A stretch of DNA of 64,000 nt, from the NCBI RefSeq assembly GCF_004010195.1, contig NC_057720.1, positions 32,536,378 through 32,600,377 on the forward strand, written 5' to 3'. Origin of the DNA: Chiloscyllium plagiosum (taxonomy: Eukaryota). The stretch's first letter is position 1. Each line of letters begins with the position of its first letter. Position numbers and translations under genes: made by a program. Positions 1 to 13,047 of this stretch are shown here, one piece after another. The notes below the pieces were generated by a model. That model had not been told where the DNA came from, did not search any database, and saw only the letters and a list, made by a program, of their open reading frames with translations.

Positions 1-29
1 TTTACAAAGTGTGTAGAAAAGGTTTAAGT

Positions 30-425
30 GAATGGTTGCATGGATAAGAAAAGGGTCGAAGATTTGATAAAGGTGCTCAGAATTAGGAATTGTCCCGATA
101 GGTTAAATAAAAATAAAGTGTTTTCTTTGATGAAAGGGTTGCGAACCAAACGCCATGCCCTCCAGATGTTTGAAAAAGGAACCAAGGGCAACTTGAGAAA
201 ACACTTCTTTACACATTGCATGGTGACAGTCTGGAACGTGATGCCTGAAAGGGTGACTGAGACCATTTCAATCATGAATTTCAAAAGGAAATTGGATAAG
301 AACCCAAAGGCAAAAATTTGCTGGAATACATAAAAGGGGTAGAGGTGGTGGGGGCACTAATAAAGTCTGCTTGTAGAGCTGGCATCGAGTTAAAGGGCTT
401 AATATTTTCCTCTGTGCTATAATCA
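30..425 (+). mobile_element. Decayed CR1-type LINE 3' end
   Basis: ORF 28..333 contains RKHFFTHCMVTVWNVMP...FKRKLD, resembling the CR1 ORF2 C-terminal FFxxRVVxxWNxLP motif. Confidence 0.75.
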
Positions 426-1347
426 AAATCATTTTATTATCCATTCATAACTTCAGTAATAGTCAAGATTATTGCTTGACAAAATGGCATGGAATATGAT
501 AATTATTTTTTACATCCCTTAAGTGGCCATTAATTGACCACTTAAGGGTCTTAGTTTGTAGTGAAAAGAGAAAGTCCCCAATGGACCATCTGGCCCAGAG
601 CCTAGTTAGGGAGTAGCAAGAAGGTGATGAGTATTTTGCCAGGGCCAACTTGTCTAATTATTTCCTCTTCTCACCACCTCACTTGCCCCTTCCAGGAAGG
701 GGAAAATTACAGCTACTTAGTGTCATTTATCTCTGACTATCAATGACTTTTTGCTCCAATGATTCTTTGACTTGGGCAACAGTATGAGAAAACCATTTTT
801 ACTCAGGCACCAGTTATGCATTTCCCAGTTTCAATTTCCAATATAAATGAATGCCATAACTTCCCAAGAAATTATATTCCTGGATTTTTGTCATCTTGAA
901 TTCGAAGTACGGTAAGTTCATTCAGAATAGACCAATTTGTACAATTTGTATCTTAACTGCATACAATTTGAAAACAAAATATAAACTATTAAGAACAAAG
1001 GATTATATTTTTAAGGCCATTAGTAAGTAAATGATAAATGACATGATGGACTGATTATGAGTAATAAAAACATTGGTTATTGAAGATTAATTTGTGGTAG
1101 TAGTCGGGAAATCTTCTAAGTGGCCTGCATACATTGAAATTTTATGAATAAAGCTGACAATTCCCCAATCATTGGTCTTTCTTCTCTTCACAGTAAGTGT
1201 GTATTAGAGAAAAAAAGACAAGACACCTCACTATAGGATGAGAAAGATGATTCAATCAACACCTTATGTCGATCAGTCATTTTCAATAAAATATAGAATT
1301 CCAAGGCCATGTTGTCTGCCTTCTGTACCTTATAGTTATTTGTAATC

Positions 1348-1442
1348 ATCCTGCTCAGATATGCTATGACACACCTCCACTGCAGATGGGACTTGAACCT
1401 AGATCTTCTAGAGCAGAGGCAGAGGCATCGCAAGAGACCTCT
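1348..1442 (-). mobile_element. Short tRNA-derived SINE remnant
   Basis: cctgctcag...acacctc...gggacttgaacc (reverse-complemented B-box GGTTCAAGTCCC); similar to 26160-26270 and 55382-55480. Confidence 0.55.
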
Positions 1443-2483
1443 TCTGCACTGTTTAAGGGTAAGGAATATAGTGCATATATAAATTGCAGGGGGAAGAGAC
1501 TGAATACTCATTGCAGGAATAATAATCAACTGTTTACTTTCCCATGGATTCCTTTACAAATATAACAGACTCTTAGCAGTGTGACTCAAATAAAAAAAAT
1601 CTTCTCTCACTTACATTGATAGTTGTCTGTTGCAAAACAGTTTTTTTTGTTGACTGGCCCAATTAGTTTGTGGAAATGAATAGAATAAATTATGTGTGAT
1701 TGTCAGCAATTGTTCTAAGCATATGAAAAGACCGATAGTTTGTAAATGGTACTTTAGTATTTTTGTTGTTCATTTTAGGGATATTTGCGGGTTTTCTTTC
1801 CACTCTGGATATTTGGGATTGTGTTGTACTGAGGGGACTAAAAAATCCTCTTTAGAGATAGCTATGACTGGTGTGCCCACAAATTCAAAATATCTAGCTC
1901 TGAATTATAAAATGTATGCAAGCTGAAAGGCTAACTTGAAGTAACTCAATGTCTCATTTGGTTTAGAAACCCCAAAACACAACCAATAGTGGAGAATTTT
2001 TAATTCTTTCAAATTACAAAATCATGATACAACTCATTAATATCTCAATTAACTGTGCTAAGTCTGGACTCCATAGACCGAATTTCACCAGAGCAGCATA
2101 TTAGAAATCTATTCAGTGTTGAATAAAGGAAGGCTTTTGTTAAATGTTTTGTGTTGGTTTTATTTAAATTGATTGTTGAATGAAAACTTCACATGAGCTA
2201 AGATAAAAGGATCTGCCAATTGACTATTTTTATCCAGATTTTGTAGAAATACTGATTCAAGTACAGCATTTCTTGGCATGAAGTAATTCAATGAATATTA
2301 GGATTCAGCAGCACAGTTTCATTGCTATGGTCGCAGCAAAAGAAAAGAGGAGATACGGGAAGGGTGTGTAACTTGGATAATGAAAAATTAAAATTTCCCA
2401 AGATGGCAACTATGGATCTGCAAATTATAAAGTTGAATTTCTGTGATAGTTGGAAAGAGTGAATTTTCAAGTCCAACACCACC

Positions 2484-3500
2484 TCCTTACCCCCACCGCA
2501 GAGACAGTGTGTGCTGAAACCAGTGCTGGTGGTCATCTTTGAAGATTCTATGGACTCTGGAACAGTTTCTGTAGACTGAAGGGTAATTAGTGTAACCCTG
2601 ATATTTAAAAAAGGAAGTAGAGAAAACATAGGGAATTTTACATTGGCTGGCCTGATGCCAGTAGTGGGGAAAATACTAGAGTTCATTATATAAAAAAATT
2701 AATAGCAGAGCACTTGGAAAACAGTGACTGCATTGGACGGAGTCAGCATGAATCTACAAAAGGAAAATCACACCTGATAAATCTACTGGAATTTATCAAG
2801 GATGTAACGAGTAGTGTTGATAGCTGGGAACCAGGGATGGTTTCCTTAGACTTTCAGAAGACAGCTGATAAGGTCCAACCTAAGGGTTTGACATGTAAAC
2901 GTAAAGGACATTGGAAAGTGTACTGACATTGACAAAGACCTGGTTGACAGACAGGAAACAATGAGTGGGAATAAATGGATCTTTTTCTGAGTGGGAGGCA
3001 CAGGCAGGTACCACAGTAATCAGTGTTGGGACCCCAGCTACTCAAAATATATATTAATGATTTGCATGAGGGAACTAAATGTAATGTCTGCAAGTTTGCA
3101 GAGATACAAGGGTGGATGGGAAGGTGAACTATAAGGAGAATGCTGAGATGCTTCATTGTGATTTGGACAAGTTGAGTGAGTGGACAAGTGCATGGCAGTT
3201 GAAGTATAATGCGGATAAATGTGAGGTTATCCACTTTGGCAGCAGAAGCAGGAAGGTGGGTTATTATCTGAATGGTGATGCATTGGGAAAGGACAAGGTG
3301 CAATGAGACCTGGGTGTCCTTGTACATCAGTCACTGAAAGTAAACGTGAAAGTGCAGCAGATGGTGAAGATGGCAAATGGTACATTCGTCTTCACAACGA
3401 GAGGATTCGAGTAAAAGAGTAGGGATGTCTTGCTGCAATCATGAAGGGTTTTGATGAGACCTGGATATCGTGTGCAATTTTGGTCTTTTTTTTGAGGAAG
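2484..3500 (+). mobile_element. CR1 LINE ORF2 (RT) fragment, degenerate, 5' part
   Basis: Broken RT motifs SQHESTKGKSHLINLLEF, LDFQK, PQxSVLGP, KFAE, WQLKYNADKCEVIHFG. Confidence 0.9.
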
Positions 3501-3502
3501 GA

Positions 3503-3816
3503 TTAGACTACTTACAGTGTGGAAACAGGCCCTTCGGCCCAACAAGTCCACACCGACCTGCCGAAGCGCAACCCACCCAGACCCACTCCCGTACATTTAC
3601 CCCTTTACCCAACACTACGGGCAATTTAGCATGGCCAATTAACCTAACCTGCACATTTTTGGATTGTGGGAGGAAACAGGAGCACCTGGAGGCAACCCAC
3701 GCATACACGGGGAGAATGTGCAAACTCCACACAGAGAGTCGCCAGAGGTGGGAATTGAACCTGGGTCTCTGGCGCTGTGAGGCAGCAGTGCTAACCACTA
3801 TGCCACCGTGCCGCCC
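3503..3816 (-). mobile_element. HE1-type V-SINE (tRNA-derived), full length
   Basis: Minus strand reads GGGCGGCACGGTGGC..TGGTTAGCACTGCTGCCTCACAGCGCC..GGTTCAATTCC (A/B boxes), then the central domain GGAGTTTGCACATTCTCCCCG and a CR1-like tail. Confidence 0.9.
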
Positions 3817-3829
3817 TAAATTTAATAGA

Positions 3830-4015
3830 ATCAAAGTTGATCTCATCCCAACCTCAATTCTATTTTCCTGCCCACTCTCCCTACCCTTTTGATCCACAGC
3901 TAATTAAAAATCTGTCTATCTCCTCCTTCAATTTACTCAATGTTCTGGCACTGGGGTGAGTAAATTTCACAGTTTCATGACCCTCTGAGAGAAGTAATTT
4001 CTCCTCATTCTGGCT
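3830..4015 (-). mobile_element. CR1 3' fragment nested antisense in another CR1
   Basis: ORF 3881..4093(-) contains LSKLKEEIDRFLI, a CR1 C-terminal motif. Confidence 0.7.
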
Positions 4016-4516
4016 TTGGACCGAGTGCAGTAAAGGTTCACCAGACTGATTCCTGAGATGGCAGAACTGATGGATGAAGACAGACTGGATCAATTAGGAC
4101 TATTTTCAAGGGAAGAATAAGGGGTGATTTTATAGAAACCTACAAAAATCTTAATATGGTAGGACAGATTAAATGCAGGAAGGATGTTCCTGATGACTGG
4201 GAAATCTAGAAACAGACAGTGACAGTTTAAGAATACTGGGTAGACCATTCAGGACTGAGATGAGGAAAAATGTCTTCACCCAAAGAGTAATGAGCCTGAG
4301 GAAATCTCTGTTGCCAAAAGCGTTGAGGCCAAAACATTGAATGTTTTTCAAGAAGGAGATACACATACTTCTTCGGCCTAATGGGATCAAAGGGTATGAG
4401 GAGAAAGAGAGAACAGAATACTAAGTTGGATGATCAGCCTTGATCACACTGAATTGTTAGTGCAGGCTTGAAGGCAGAATGGCCTATTCCTGTTTTCATT
4501 TTCTCTGTTTCTATGT
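4015..4516 (+). mobile_element. CR1 LINE 3' part (continuation of 2484-3500)
   Basis: gtgcag..aggttcaccagactgattcc resumes ORF2; ends in ttctctgtttctatgt tail. Confidence 0.85.
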
Positions 4517-5305
4517 CATTGTGCTTCATTGCCATGCAATTGCTGTATTTTGGGCACTTTAACTGAAGCATTTTCAGTGTAAGAAATTTGTTTCATTAAT
4601 ATTTAGCTACACATTTAATTATGAGATATTTTCTGTGAGATAATAAGAGAGAGGAGGTGGAGATGGAGTCGTAATGTCACTGGCTAATACTCTATGCAGT
4701 TACTTCACCCAGTTTAGATAACTTTCCAAAAGATTAGAGTTATTATGTCAACAAGCCATTCTCAAGACTCAGTCTGTTCAATACTTTTCTGCAACAGAGT
4801 TTGCAATGAACAGCCTACAGTGGTACAGTTTACTTCAGTTCTTACTTTCTCAATCTTCCAGATTTTTGTCTTTTCTCTAAAGCTATTTTCATGAATTAAA
4901 GTTATTTCTGATATCATTTCCAACAGTAGAGAAGATACAGCACACGTTTACTAGGATGCTGCATGGTATGGTGAAACACTTCATCACTTTCTGCTTTCAC
5001 TAAACCAAAGAAAACAATGGTGTGACTTGATAAAAATGTTGTGGTGAAGGCATGGGATGGAGTAGACAGACACAAACCTTTCCAATGACTCAAGCATTTA
5101 AAAGTGAAGGGATCAGGTAGACGATTATATGCAAGAGATTTAGAACAATGAGCAGAAAATATTTTTGCAGAGTGTAATGGGGCAAAAGATGTACTATCAA
5201 AGTTAATGATTTGACTGGAGATCCTGTCAACATTTCTGAGAAAATGAAATAGGTGGGTGAAAGAAATGAGAAAGAAGGAACATGGGAACAAAACAGGTAC
5301 AACCG

Positions 5306-5443
5306 TGTAAAGGGGATCGAGGGTTATGGGGAGAAAGCGGGAGAATGGGGTTGGGAAACCTATCAGCCATGACTGAATGGCGGAGCAAACTCGATGGGCT
5401 GAATGGCCTAATTTCTGCTCTCATGTCTTACGGTCTTATGGTC
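5306..5443 (+). mobile_element. CR1 3'UTR/tail
   Basis: gaatggcggagcaaactcgatgggctgaatggcct...tcttacggtcttatggtct tail repeat. Confidence 0.8.
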
Positions 5444-6134
5444 TCACAACCAGTTGCTCGATAACAAAACATAAATGTTTCTGAGATGAGGGACATGGTA
5501 CCAAAGCTTTTCATTTTGCAGTCATCAGGATAAGTGCAGAATGTCAAAATTTGAAGAGACCATAACAATTTAAGCAACAGGAGAAAAGGGTCCGAATTGG
5601 TGAGCAAGTTGACTCTGATTTGCTGATACATTCTCATGAAGGAAACAACAAGGATCTATAGCCTCCACAAGTCTTGGCAATTCAAGAAAGGAATAAGGTT
5701 TCAACATATTCCCTTTCAAAGGGAATGAACTACGTTATGAGCTCAACTGAGTAACTTAAATTGATTGTTACTGTAGCTCCAGGTAGATGGAAGTATAACT
5801 CATGGTCAAGTGAAACCAAATGCTGGGCCAAACATCCTGTGTTCCTCTTATCCTTTTTATGTAATTCTATTTGAAATGATAATGCTGTCAATCAAGTTGC
5901 TGCATTCATCATTGTGTAAATCGAAATCTTACTTTCTGTGTTCAAAGGAATAATGTGAAGTGTAGTCTGACATGCATTTTTGATATGTTTATCAGTACCT
6001 CTGTTTTTGTGCTTTTTGGTAACTATCAGGAACACACTTGAAACTTGCAAAATCAAATTTCATGTTTTGATGGATGTGAAGTAGTTCTGCAAAATAAACA
6101 GAGCTGCAAATTTGGGATCAGAAATGATGCTTTA

Positions 6135-6318
6135 GTGTGAGAAGGGAAAGATAAAAGGGACTTAAGGAGCAACTTTTTCACACAGAGGGTGGTGTGTGTA
6201 TGGAGTGAGCTGCCAGAAGAAGTGGTGGAGGCTGGTACAATTGCAAGTGGGATACCTGGTCAGCAGGGAGGAGTTGGAGTGAAGGGTCTGTTTCCAAGCT
6301 GTACATCTCTATGACTCT
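6135..6318 (+). mobile_element. CR1 (HER1-like) 3' end with internal deletion
   Basis: caactttttcacacagagggtggtg...ctctatgactcta; same family as 51826-52262 and 59755-60425. Confidence 0.8.
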
Positions 6319-6633
6319 AATTGGGACTTACAAGATTGTGGTACTCTGATTGACACACTTTGCAAACAGTCTCGTCTCTTCCTTCACACATATGGTTGCA
6401 AATTTCAGAAGAATTCAGGTTATTGGAGAGTTGGGAGGAAAGGGGCTTTAGACGTCCAGGAGAGAGAGAGAGATGTCCTGAAACTAATTGTTTTAATGGA
6501 AAAAGCAATTCTTCAGCTAAATCATTAAATTTGACAGTATCAATACGGGGAGACTTGTATGACGTTTTACACTGACAAAGGCTAGTTGCCCGAATGGCCT
6601 GTTTCTGTGTTGTATTCTCTGTCATTCAAAGTT

Positions 6634-6757
6634 AAAAATCACACAACGCCAGGTTATCGTCCCAACAGGTTTAATTGGAAGCACTAACTTTTGGAGCGCT
6701 GCTCCTTCAGCAGGTGGTTGTGACACCCCAGTCCAACACTGGCATCTCCAAATCATG
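6634..6757 (-). mobile_element. Mini Penelope-like element, family B, degenerate hammerhead
   Basis: Flanked by direct repeat tctgtcattcaaagtt (6618-6633, 6758-6773); homologous to 16963-17113 and 48889-49010. Confidence 0.75.
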
Positions 6758-7037
6758 TCTGTCATTCAAAGTTGGATACTATAAGACAATTACGATGTTG
6801 GAAAAGCTCTTGATTTAGCAGCAGCAACAGGATATTTTGCTCTTCTATTCAATTTGAACATGGCTTTTCTGTACCTTATTTCCACTTAATCTTGATATGA
6901 CTATACAACAAAAATCTTCATCAAATTGGACAATCAGGCGCAACCAGCATAACTCTACTTTTTTGAACTCACCAAATTGAGTTGAAGAATAAAATTGCTG
7001 GAGCTCTGCTTGGAACCAGTAAAACTAAACTGGATAT

Positions 7038-7478
7038 GGGGTGGTATGGTGACTTAGTGATTAGCACTGCTGGCTGGCAGTACCAGGACCCGGGTTCGAT
7101 TCTAAATTTAGGCGACCGTCTGTGCAGAGTTTGTACATTCTCCCTGTGTCTGTGTGGGTTTCCTCCAGGTTCTCTGGTTTCCTCCCACACTCCTAAGATA
7201 TAGGTGGATTGGGCATGATAAATTGTCCGTAGTGTCCGGGGCAGGATTAGCCATGATAATATGTGGGGTTATGGGGTTGGGTGCTCAGTGGGATGCTCTT
7301 TGGAGGGTCAGTGTGGACTTGATGGGCCAAATGGCTTCTTGAAGAGAAAGCGCTTCTCCAGCCTAGATGCTGCCTGACCTGCTGCGCTTCTCCAGCCTAG
7401 ATGCTGCCTGACCTGCTGCGCTTCTCCAGCAACACATTTCCATCAAATGGCTTCTTTCCATACTGTGGCGACTCTATG
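7038..7478 (+). mobile_element. HE1-type V-SINE interrupted by an insertion at 7341-7443
   Basis: A/B boxes (ttagcactgctg...gggttcgattc) and V-domain; tail resumes at 7444. Confidence 0.85.
7341..7443 (+). mobile_element. Mini Penelope-like element, family A, with internal 34-bp tandem duplication
   Basis: 13-bp TSD caaatggcttctt (7328-7340, 7444-7456); gatgctgcctgacctgctgcgctt shared with 39204-39326. Confidence 0.75.
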
Positions 7479-9576
7479 TGGTAATGGTATAAAATCATTA
7501 CCAGCTATTAGGCAGTACAATAGCATGTCATATTGCATTTACCATTATTCCTGAAATATTGATTGATATAGTGCCAGATCACGTGTGTCAATTTTGGTGT
7601 TATATGGAAGGTGCAGAGCAGAGACTAAGTGCTTACCCACAGGAAGGAATGGAAAAACTGGCAGACCACTGTTCCCAGTCTTTCCAAGGTATTCCCAGGT
7701 CTTCTGGCAGCTGTTCACTGAGCTGGAATGCTGCTTGCCCATTTAATCAACTTCAGTTTGGGAACTGAAAAGAAAATGGTCCAGTGGGGGGAGGGAATTG
7801 AAATTACTAAATTTTAATGTGTCAAAGTGTAACAAAATGGTTATGAATAGTAATGTTGGAGGGGGGCGGGGGGTGGTTGTGAATCAACATTCCAACATGA
7901 AAACCCAAACTTAATAATGAGCAAGGAGCAGCATTATAACCAGCTGGTCGAAGTCCTTTTTTTAAAAAATCCAAAAGTTCATTTTTGATTTCCCCTGTAC
8001 AAAACATATCACAACTCATTTGTCTTTTGAAAAAAAGTGAAGATGCTGCCCTGTATATTTGTCTTGGCTTAGTGACCCCAGGGCTGGAGCACAGCTGCAG
8101 TTGCAGTGTCGGCTTCACTACTAAACCCCAGTGAAATTGCCAGATGAAAATCTTTGGTAATGTATTTCCAAAATTGACACCATTGATTTAAAAATAAGTA
8201 AAAAGGAAATAGTAAGTCGTGGAATCCAAAATCTGCTTAAAGTATCTGACTGGAATGTGGCTGCAAAGGAAAAAAAAGGAAGCCATTTGTAGCCAATTTT
8301 TCTCTCTAGTGTACAGAGGAGGAGTGATGTAAAACATTCAGATAAATGGATAGCAGGAAGACTCAAGGCAGTTATTGCTTTCAAGGGTTTTGCAGGCACC
8401 ATAAATGTCATCACTACAGCACTTTTGGTGATATTGTTATTCACTCCTTGGGGAGTGAGATTGAAACTTAAAATAGGTCTTTTTTTTCTTATGGTAGGTA
8501 AGAGTGTCTAGTTATTTTAGTAACAGCCAAATTCTTCATAATTGGATAATACCTTAAAACTCTTGCTGTCACTTGCTATTCTTTACAGTTGTATACCATT
8601 GTAGATTATATTTTTATATTGAAGCCTGCCTGCTTATCCATGTCGCCTGCGCTATGTTTGATAGCAGTGAAGGTGTAGATGGGCCTGCATGGTAATGCCA
8701 ACTGTTAAGCTACCAGTCTTGGTTATGGGCCAGCTGTTGATTTGGATTTTTGCTTTGTTCGAGTCCTAGTCTGAGTTTCCCAGAGTGGGAGGCACAAAAC
8801 AAATGCTGCAATGTTTCCTTGTAGGGAGGCAGGCAGAGATGGGGCAAGGGGAAATCAGAGCCAACATAGGCACATGGGCAGTGTCAACAACTTTCTGGTG
8901 GCTAATTATGGTGGGTGGGAGAGACATGGAAAAAGTCTGGAAGCAGTCTGTCCCAGACAACACTGAGGCTGCAATGTATGAAGAACCTAAAAACAGGAAA
9001 TTAATGAAGTTATAGAACAAAAAGTTAAAAGCAACTTACTTTTGATCTGTCAAATATAATAGAATTTTTACCTTGTCAAATGCAGGTGATGGTACAGACC
9101 AATCCAAGCGTTAAACTGTAGGGGGAGAGCTAAACTGCTAGGAAAAAGAGGACTCCCAGAAAAAAGATCCAGGCCCATTTGCCTAACACCAGCTTCCCTG
9201 GTAAAAGCTACCATGATGTGGACCTCCCCCCCGCATCTAAGAAAAACAATGGAAGGATTGGCATGAAGCTCTTAAGTAGGAATTCACTAACCTCTGAGAG
9301 ATTTCAATAAGGTGGGAAAAATGTCTGACATCCCACCCACCCACCACAAAGTGGGAGATAGGTTGGGCAGCTAGCAAGAAGGTAGTGGGAAGACCCTAAG
9401 TTGCATTTTACAAGACCACACCCTCTGTTGTAAAATTTAGCGCAAGGAAGCAGGTTAGATTAAAACCATCCATGTGTCAACTAGAGTAATTTTGGGACTG
9501 TGTAAGCTTGGGGCCTCAGATAACAATTATAAATCGTTCAAGCTTAGCTGCACCCCTCAATTACATGACTACATTA

Positions 9577-9750
9577 AATCATCCTCAGGTATCCGTTATT
9601 CTCTGCACAACCATCTCATTCCCTTAAGTACATTGCAGCCTTATAATCACTCCCAGATATCCATTATTCTATATATAAATGATCCAAACATCTCAATTAG
9701 ACTACAGCTTTGTAATCATGCTGAAGTACCCATTATTCTCTGCAAAACTT
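9577..9750. repeat. Decayed ~68-bp minisatellite, ~2.5 units
   Basis: Units beginning aatca...ta(t/c)cc(a/g)ttattct at 9577, 9645 and 9714. Confidence 0.6.
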
Positions 9751-10910
9751 ATAGAAATTATAACCTCTAAGCAACAAAATTGTTGCTGTCTCACTGATCC
9801 TTTTTGTTACTGATGTTCTTGAAGTGTCTCTGGATTCTCGCTTTAGCACTCTTCCAGTTCCCATTACGTAATGTAACAGCCACCCACTTCAATATTGATG
9901 CACAGAAAATTACTGTCTTTTGTCAATGATTAACCATCTAACGTGCATTTTCCATTTTCTTATATTTTGTTTTCTTTTAAGTGTTCTCATTTTTTTTTTG
10001 CTATATTTCTTGAGCCTTTTCTCACTTTCCAGTTTTCTGTCCAGGCCGGGTTTCACAGTGTTTTGTTTCTATCACATTTTGTGGTTCATCATTGAGCAAC
10101 ACTGGCACAAGCCCACAGTGGGTGATGAGTACTGATATATTCTGTCACAGAGTTAAATTTGATCCAGATGGGGTGAAAGAAAATTCCTTTTGAAAGTGCA
10201 TCATGGTTGGTTTAGGAACTTTGACAAGATGGCACTGTAAATTGACAAGCCCACCCATCATTTCCCTGTTTTAATCAAACATGGTGTGGAAAAGCACAAA
10301 GTGAAGTCCAGGGACTTAGTCCACAGAAGAAGATAAATAGTCATCCCTGGAATGTACTACTAAGTCAAAAGATTGGATCAGTAACATTGGTTGAGACCAT
10401 GGGCTCCAGAGCAGGAAATAGAAATCGGGGCTGCCTCCCTACCCTGAACCTGCCCTCAGAGGGAGACAGTAATTGGCCATGAATTTCACACCTGTTTAGT
10501 TGGAACAGCGATAGATTTGGGAATCACTTCAGGATGGGAGGGATGGACAGAAATGGGAAATTGGCAAAGTAGCCTGGGCTGCTAAAGCAGGTACTTTGAC
10601 AGCTTGTCCCACCCTCCATTTCCACCCTGGCAGGGCCTCATACTTCAGCCCTAGTTCTCTAGCTTGTTCGTTTGGTCAGTAGTAAGGTGGCGTCTTCTGT
10701 TATTTCATGCACCATTGCTTGCAAATAAAGAGGTGGAACCAAACTTATCTTTTGGTGCTGCAAACCCAATCCTGGAAAATAATGTTTCTGCAGGAACCGA
10801 ACTATTATGAGGAAGAACCAGCTTCTCATCTCTGTGTTCATTTTTGAACTGGATGCTGCTGAGCATTTGTCATGACATGACAGATAGCCAGTTTTTATGT
10901 TTGGGTATTC

Positions 10911-10919
10911 TGGGTGGTC
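10911..10919 (-). promoter_or_regulatory. Perfect GLI consensus site (GACCACCCA), intron 2
   Basis: TGGGTGGTC on + strand in apparently non-repeat sequence. Confidence 0.65.
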
Positions 10920-13047
10920 CAGATGGATGAATAAGAGATTGCAAATAACTGTAATTTTGTTCAGCAATCCTGTAATTAAAGGGACAGTCTCCATTTTGTT
11001 TGCCTGTGCAAGCTGCAGTTGTTCAAAGTTACTAAAGAAAATTCAATTTACAAAGGCTTTTCTCGCCCATAATTCTTTTGAAGCGTGGTTTTGTTAACCA
11101 TTCCAGTCATCCTTCTGGCTAATTTAAACAAAAAGTAAGTAATTAAAGAGAGAGTTTTATTTTACAAACTTTGGCAAAGTTATATGTAATTTCTTTAAGT
11201 ATTGATTTCTGAGAAGTGGCATGGTAGTGCAATGTGTATAGGGCACAGATGTAATTGCCAGAAAGCGGATCCAATAACTTGCCCACTCTGGTCATAGAAG
11301 GTGAGCGGTACTTTTCTGCAGTGGGAGGATTTGTGATAGTATCAGCTGGAAGTCATGCACTTCAAAAGTCGAAGATATTTTTGGTAACCGGTCACTCCTT
11401 TAGCTCTGCTAAACTATGATTACTGTGTGACACCCTGATAATGTGGTAATGTTATTTGTCCAAGTGGACTAAAGCTCTTGATGGAAGGTCCTTTTGTTGA
11501 CCAGAAGCTATAAGTGGGCTCAATCTTTCCAAATAGTAGGAGGTAGCATTTCTGTAGCACCATCATTGCAGCTAAATGTAGCCAAGGTGGGAGAATGTGT
11601 GGGAATGTAGTTGGCTCTGCCCAGACTATTTTAACCCCCTTGTCTGTTGCACTGTCTCTGCCAGGTGTTGAGGGTTACAATTGGGATTAACTTTATTAAA
11701 AAGGTAAAACAATACTGTTGACAGGATATGATGGTAACCTTCACTTTTTAAGAGTATAACATGCTGGGTGATATCTTTGTTGATAATGAAGCCACTTTGT
11801 ACAAAATCTTTTGTTTTATCCTCGCTAAAAAGGGAATACTAGTTTGAAATTGCCTCAGGATGTGAGGCAGTGTCTCCCTTGAAGTGTTACTTTTCAGATG
11901 GCTATTTTCCATCTTACCGTGCCATGTTGAACTATATAATAAACTTAAGGAATTTGAGGATTCCATTTTTTAAAAATTTGTAAGCTGTACATGTTCCCAA
12001 ACGTAAAATGAAAGTGACCTCTCTCTCTGTTTCTCATTCCCAATTTTACCAAAAACCATATAGAATGCGCCCGTTACTTTTACCATTTCAGTACAATTTA
12101 ATTGAGTTTAAATTTATGTGCAGTTATTACAAACAGGACACTTGAGGCCCCAGTGTGCTTCACTGGGAGTCTGACCTCTTAATTACGCCTTCATTCATTC
12201 CTGTACTAACTGGAGAATGAAAGTTATATTTGTTGTGTATTTGTTTAATTGTAAGCTATGCTATATTTTATCCTTTCCTCTAATTTATGTCTTACATAGC
12301 TTAAAGAGCTAATAGGAGACCTTTTCTCAGATCAGCGTCATTATATGCCTTCTTCTGCATGTTGCATGACCACTGTCACTGAATTTGACTTTCTCTCCCC
12401 ATTTTCCTTGAGTCCTCAGTGTCTCTCTGTGGCTGCAGTCTGTGGCTACCCTATGAGAAAATTGCACATGCACACCTGTGTTCTAGCACAGATCCAGAAC
12501 TGGGCTGGCAATACAAAATAAAAATGAATAATTACATATCAAAATTCTAAGTTACGTTTTTGCCCTTGTTCAGTAAAACTTCCATTTAAATTCTAAGTCT
12601 TTTACAAGTCTTTTATAAGTGTCTTGACAGTTAAAACACAGAATGCAGCCCATCTCAAACAACAGAAGAGAGACAAAGTATATGGGATTAGAATCCATCT
12701 GTTCATTATAAACTGCCAACATCACGTTGATGGTCAATATTTCATATCGTTACAGTTTGAGGTATTTGGAAAACCTTTGAGGAATTCAGAATTTTTAGGG
12801 CTAGTTTCAAATTCTGGTGATGGACTGGAAGGTGAAGGGGGCCAATTAAATGGCGAGGGGAGGGCAGAGGATATATTCCATAATCTTCCTGCTGTCAGGA
12901 AATTTTCCTCACAGGAGGGAGACTGGGCAGACCGCCCTCCCCACCCTTACCTGGTCCAGGACTTGGAATCTCAGTTTACTGCTTATAGTCCCAGTCCTGG
13001 TCACAGCTGCCCCTGGCACTGATGGGGAATCATTCCTGATGGGGAAT

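Noticed and set aside
2526..2534. GLI-like CTGGTGGTC (also GACCACCGA near 33954)
   Set aside because: Mismatched sites inside LINE coding remnants.
3740..3816. tRNA gene from A/B boxes
   Set aside because: The boxes are SINE heads continuing into the V-domain; no full cloverleaf.
3470..3897. Recurrent ORFs such as HGGTVVSTAASQRQRP / LTCTSLDCGRKPEH (also at 15221, 30497, 34977, 39808, 53921)
   Set aside because: They are translations of V-SINE copies, not genes.
7350..7430. CRISPR-like repeat array
   Set aside because: Contiguous tandem units with no spacers, inside a eukaryotic retroposon.
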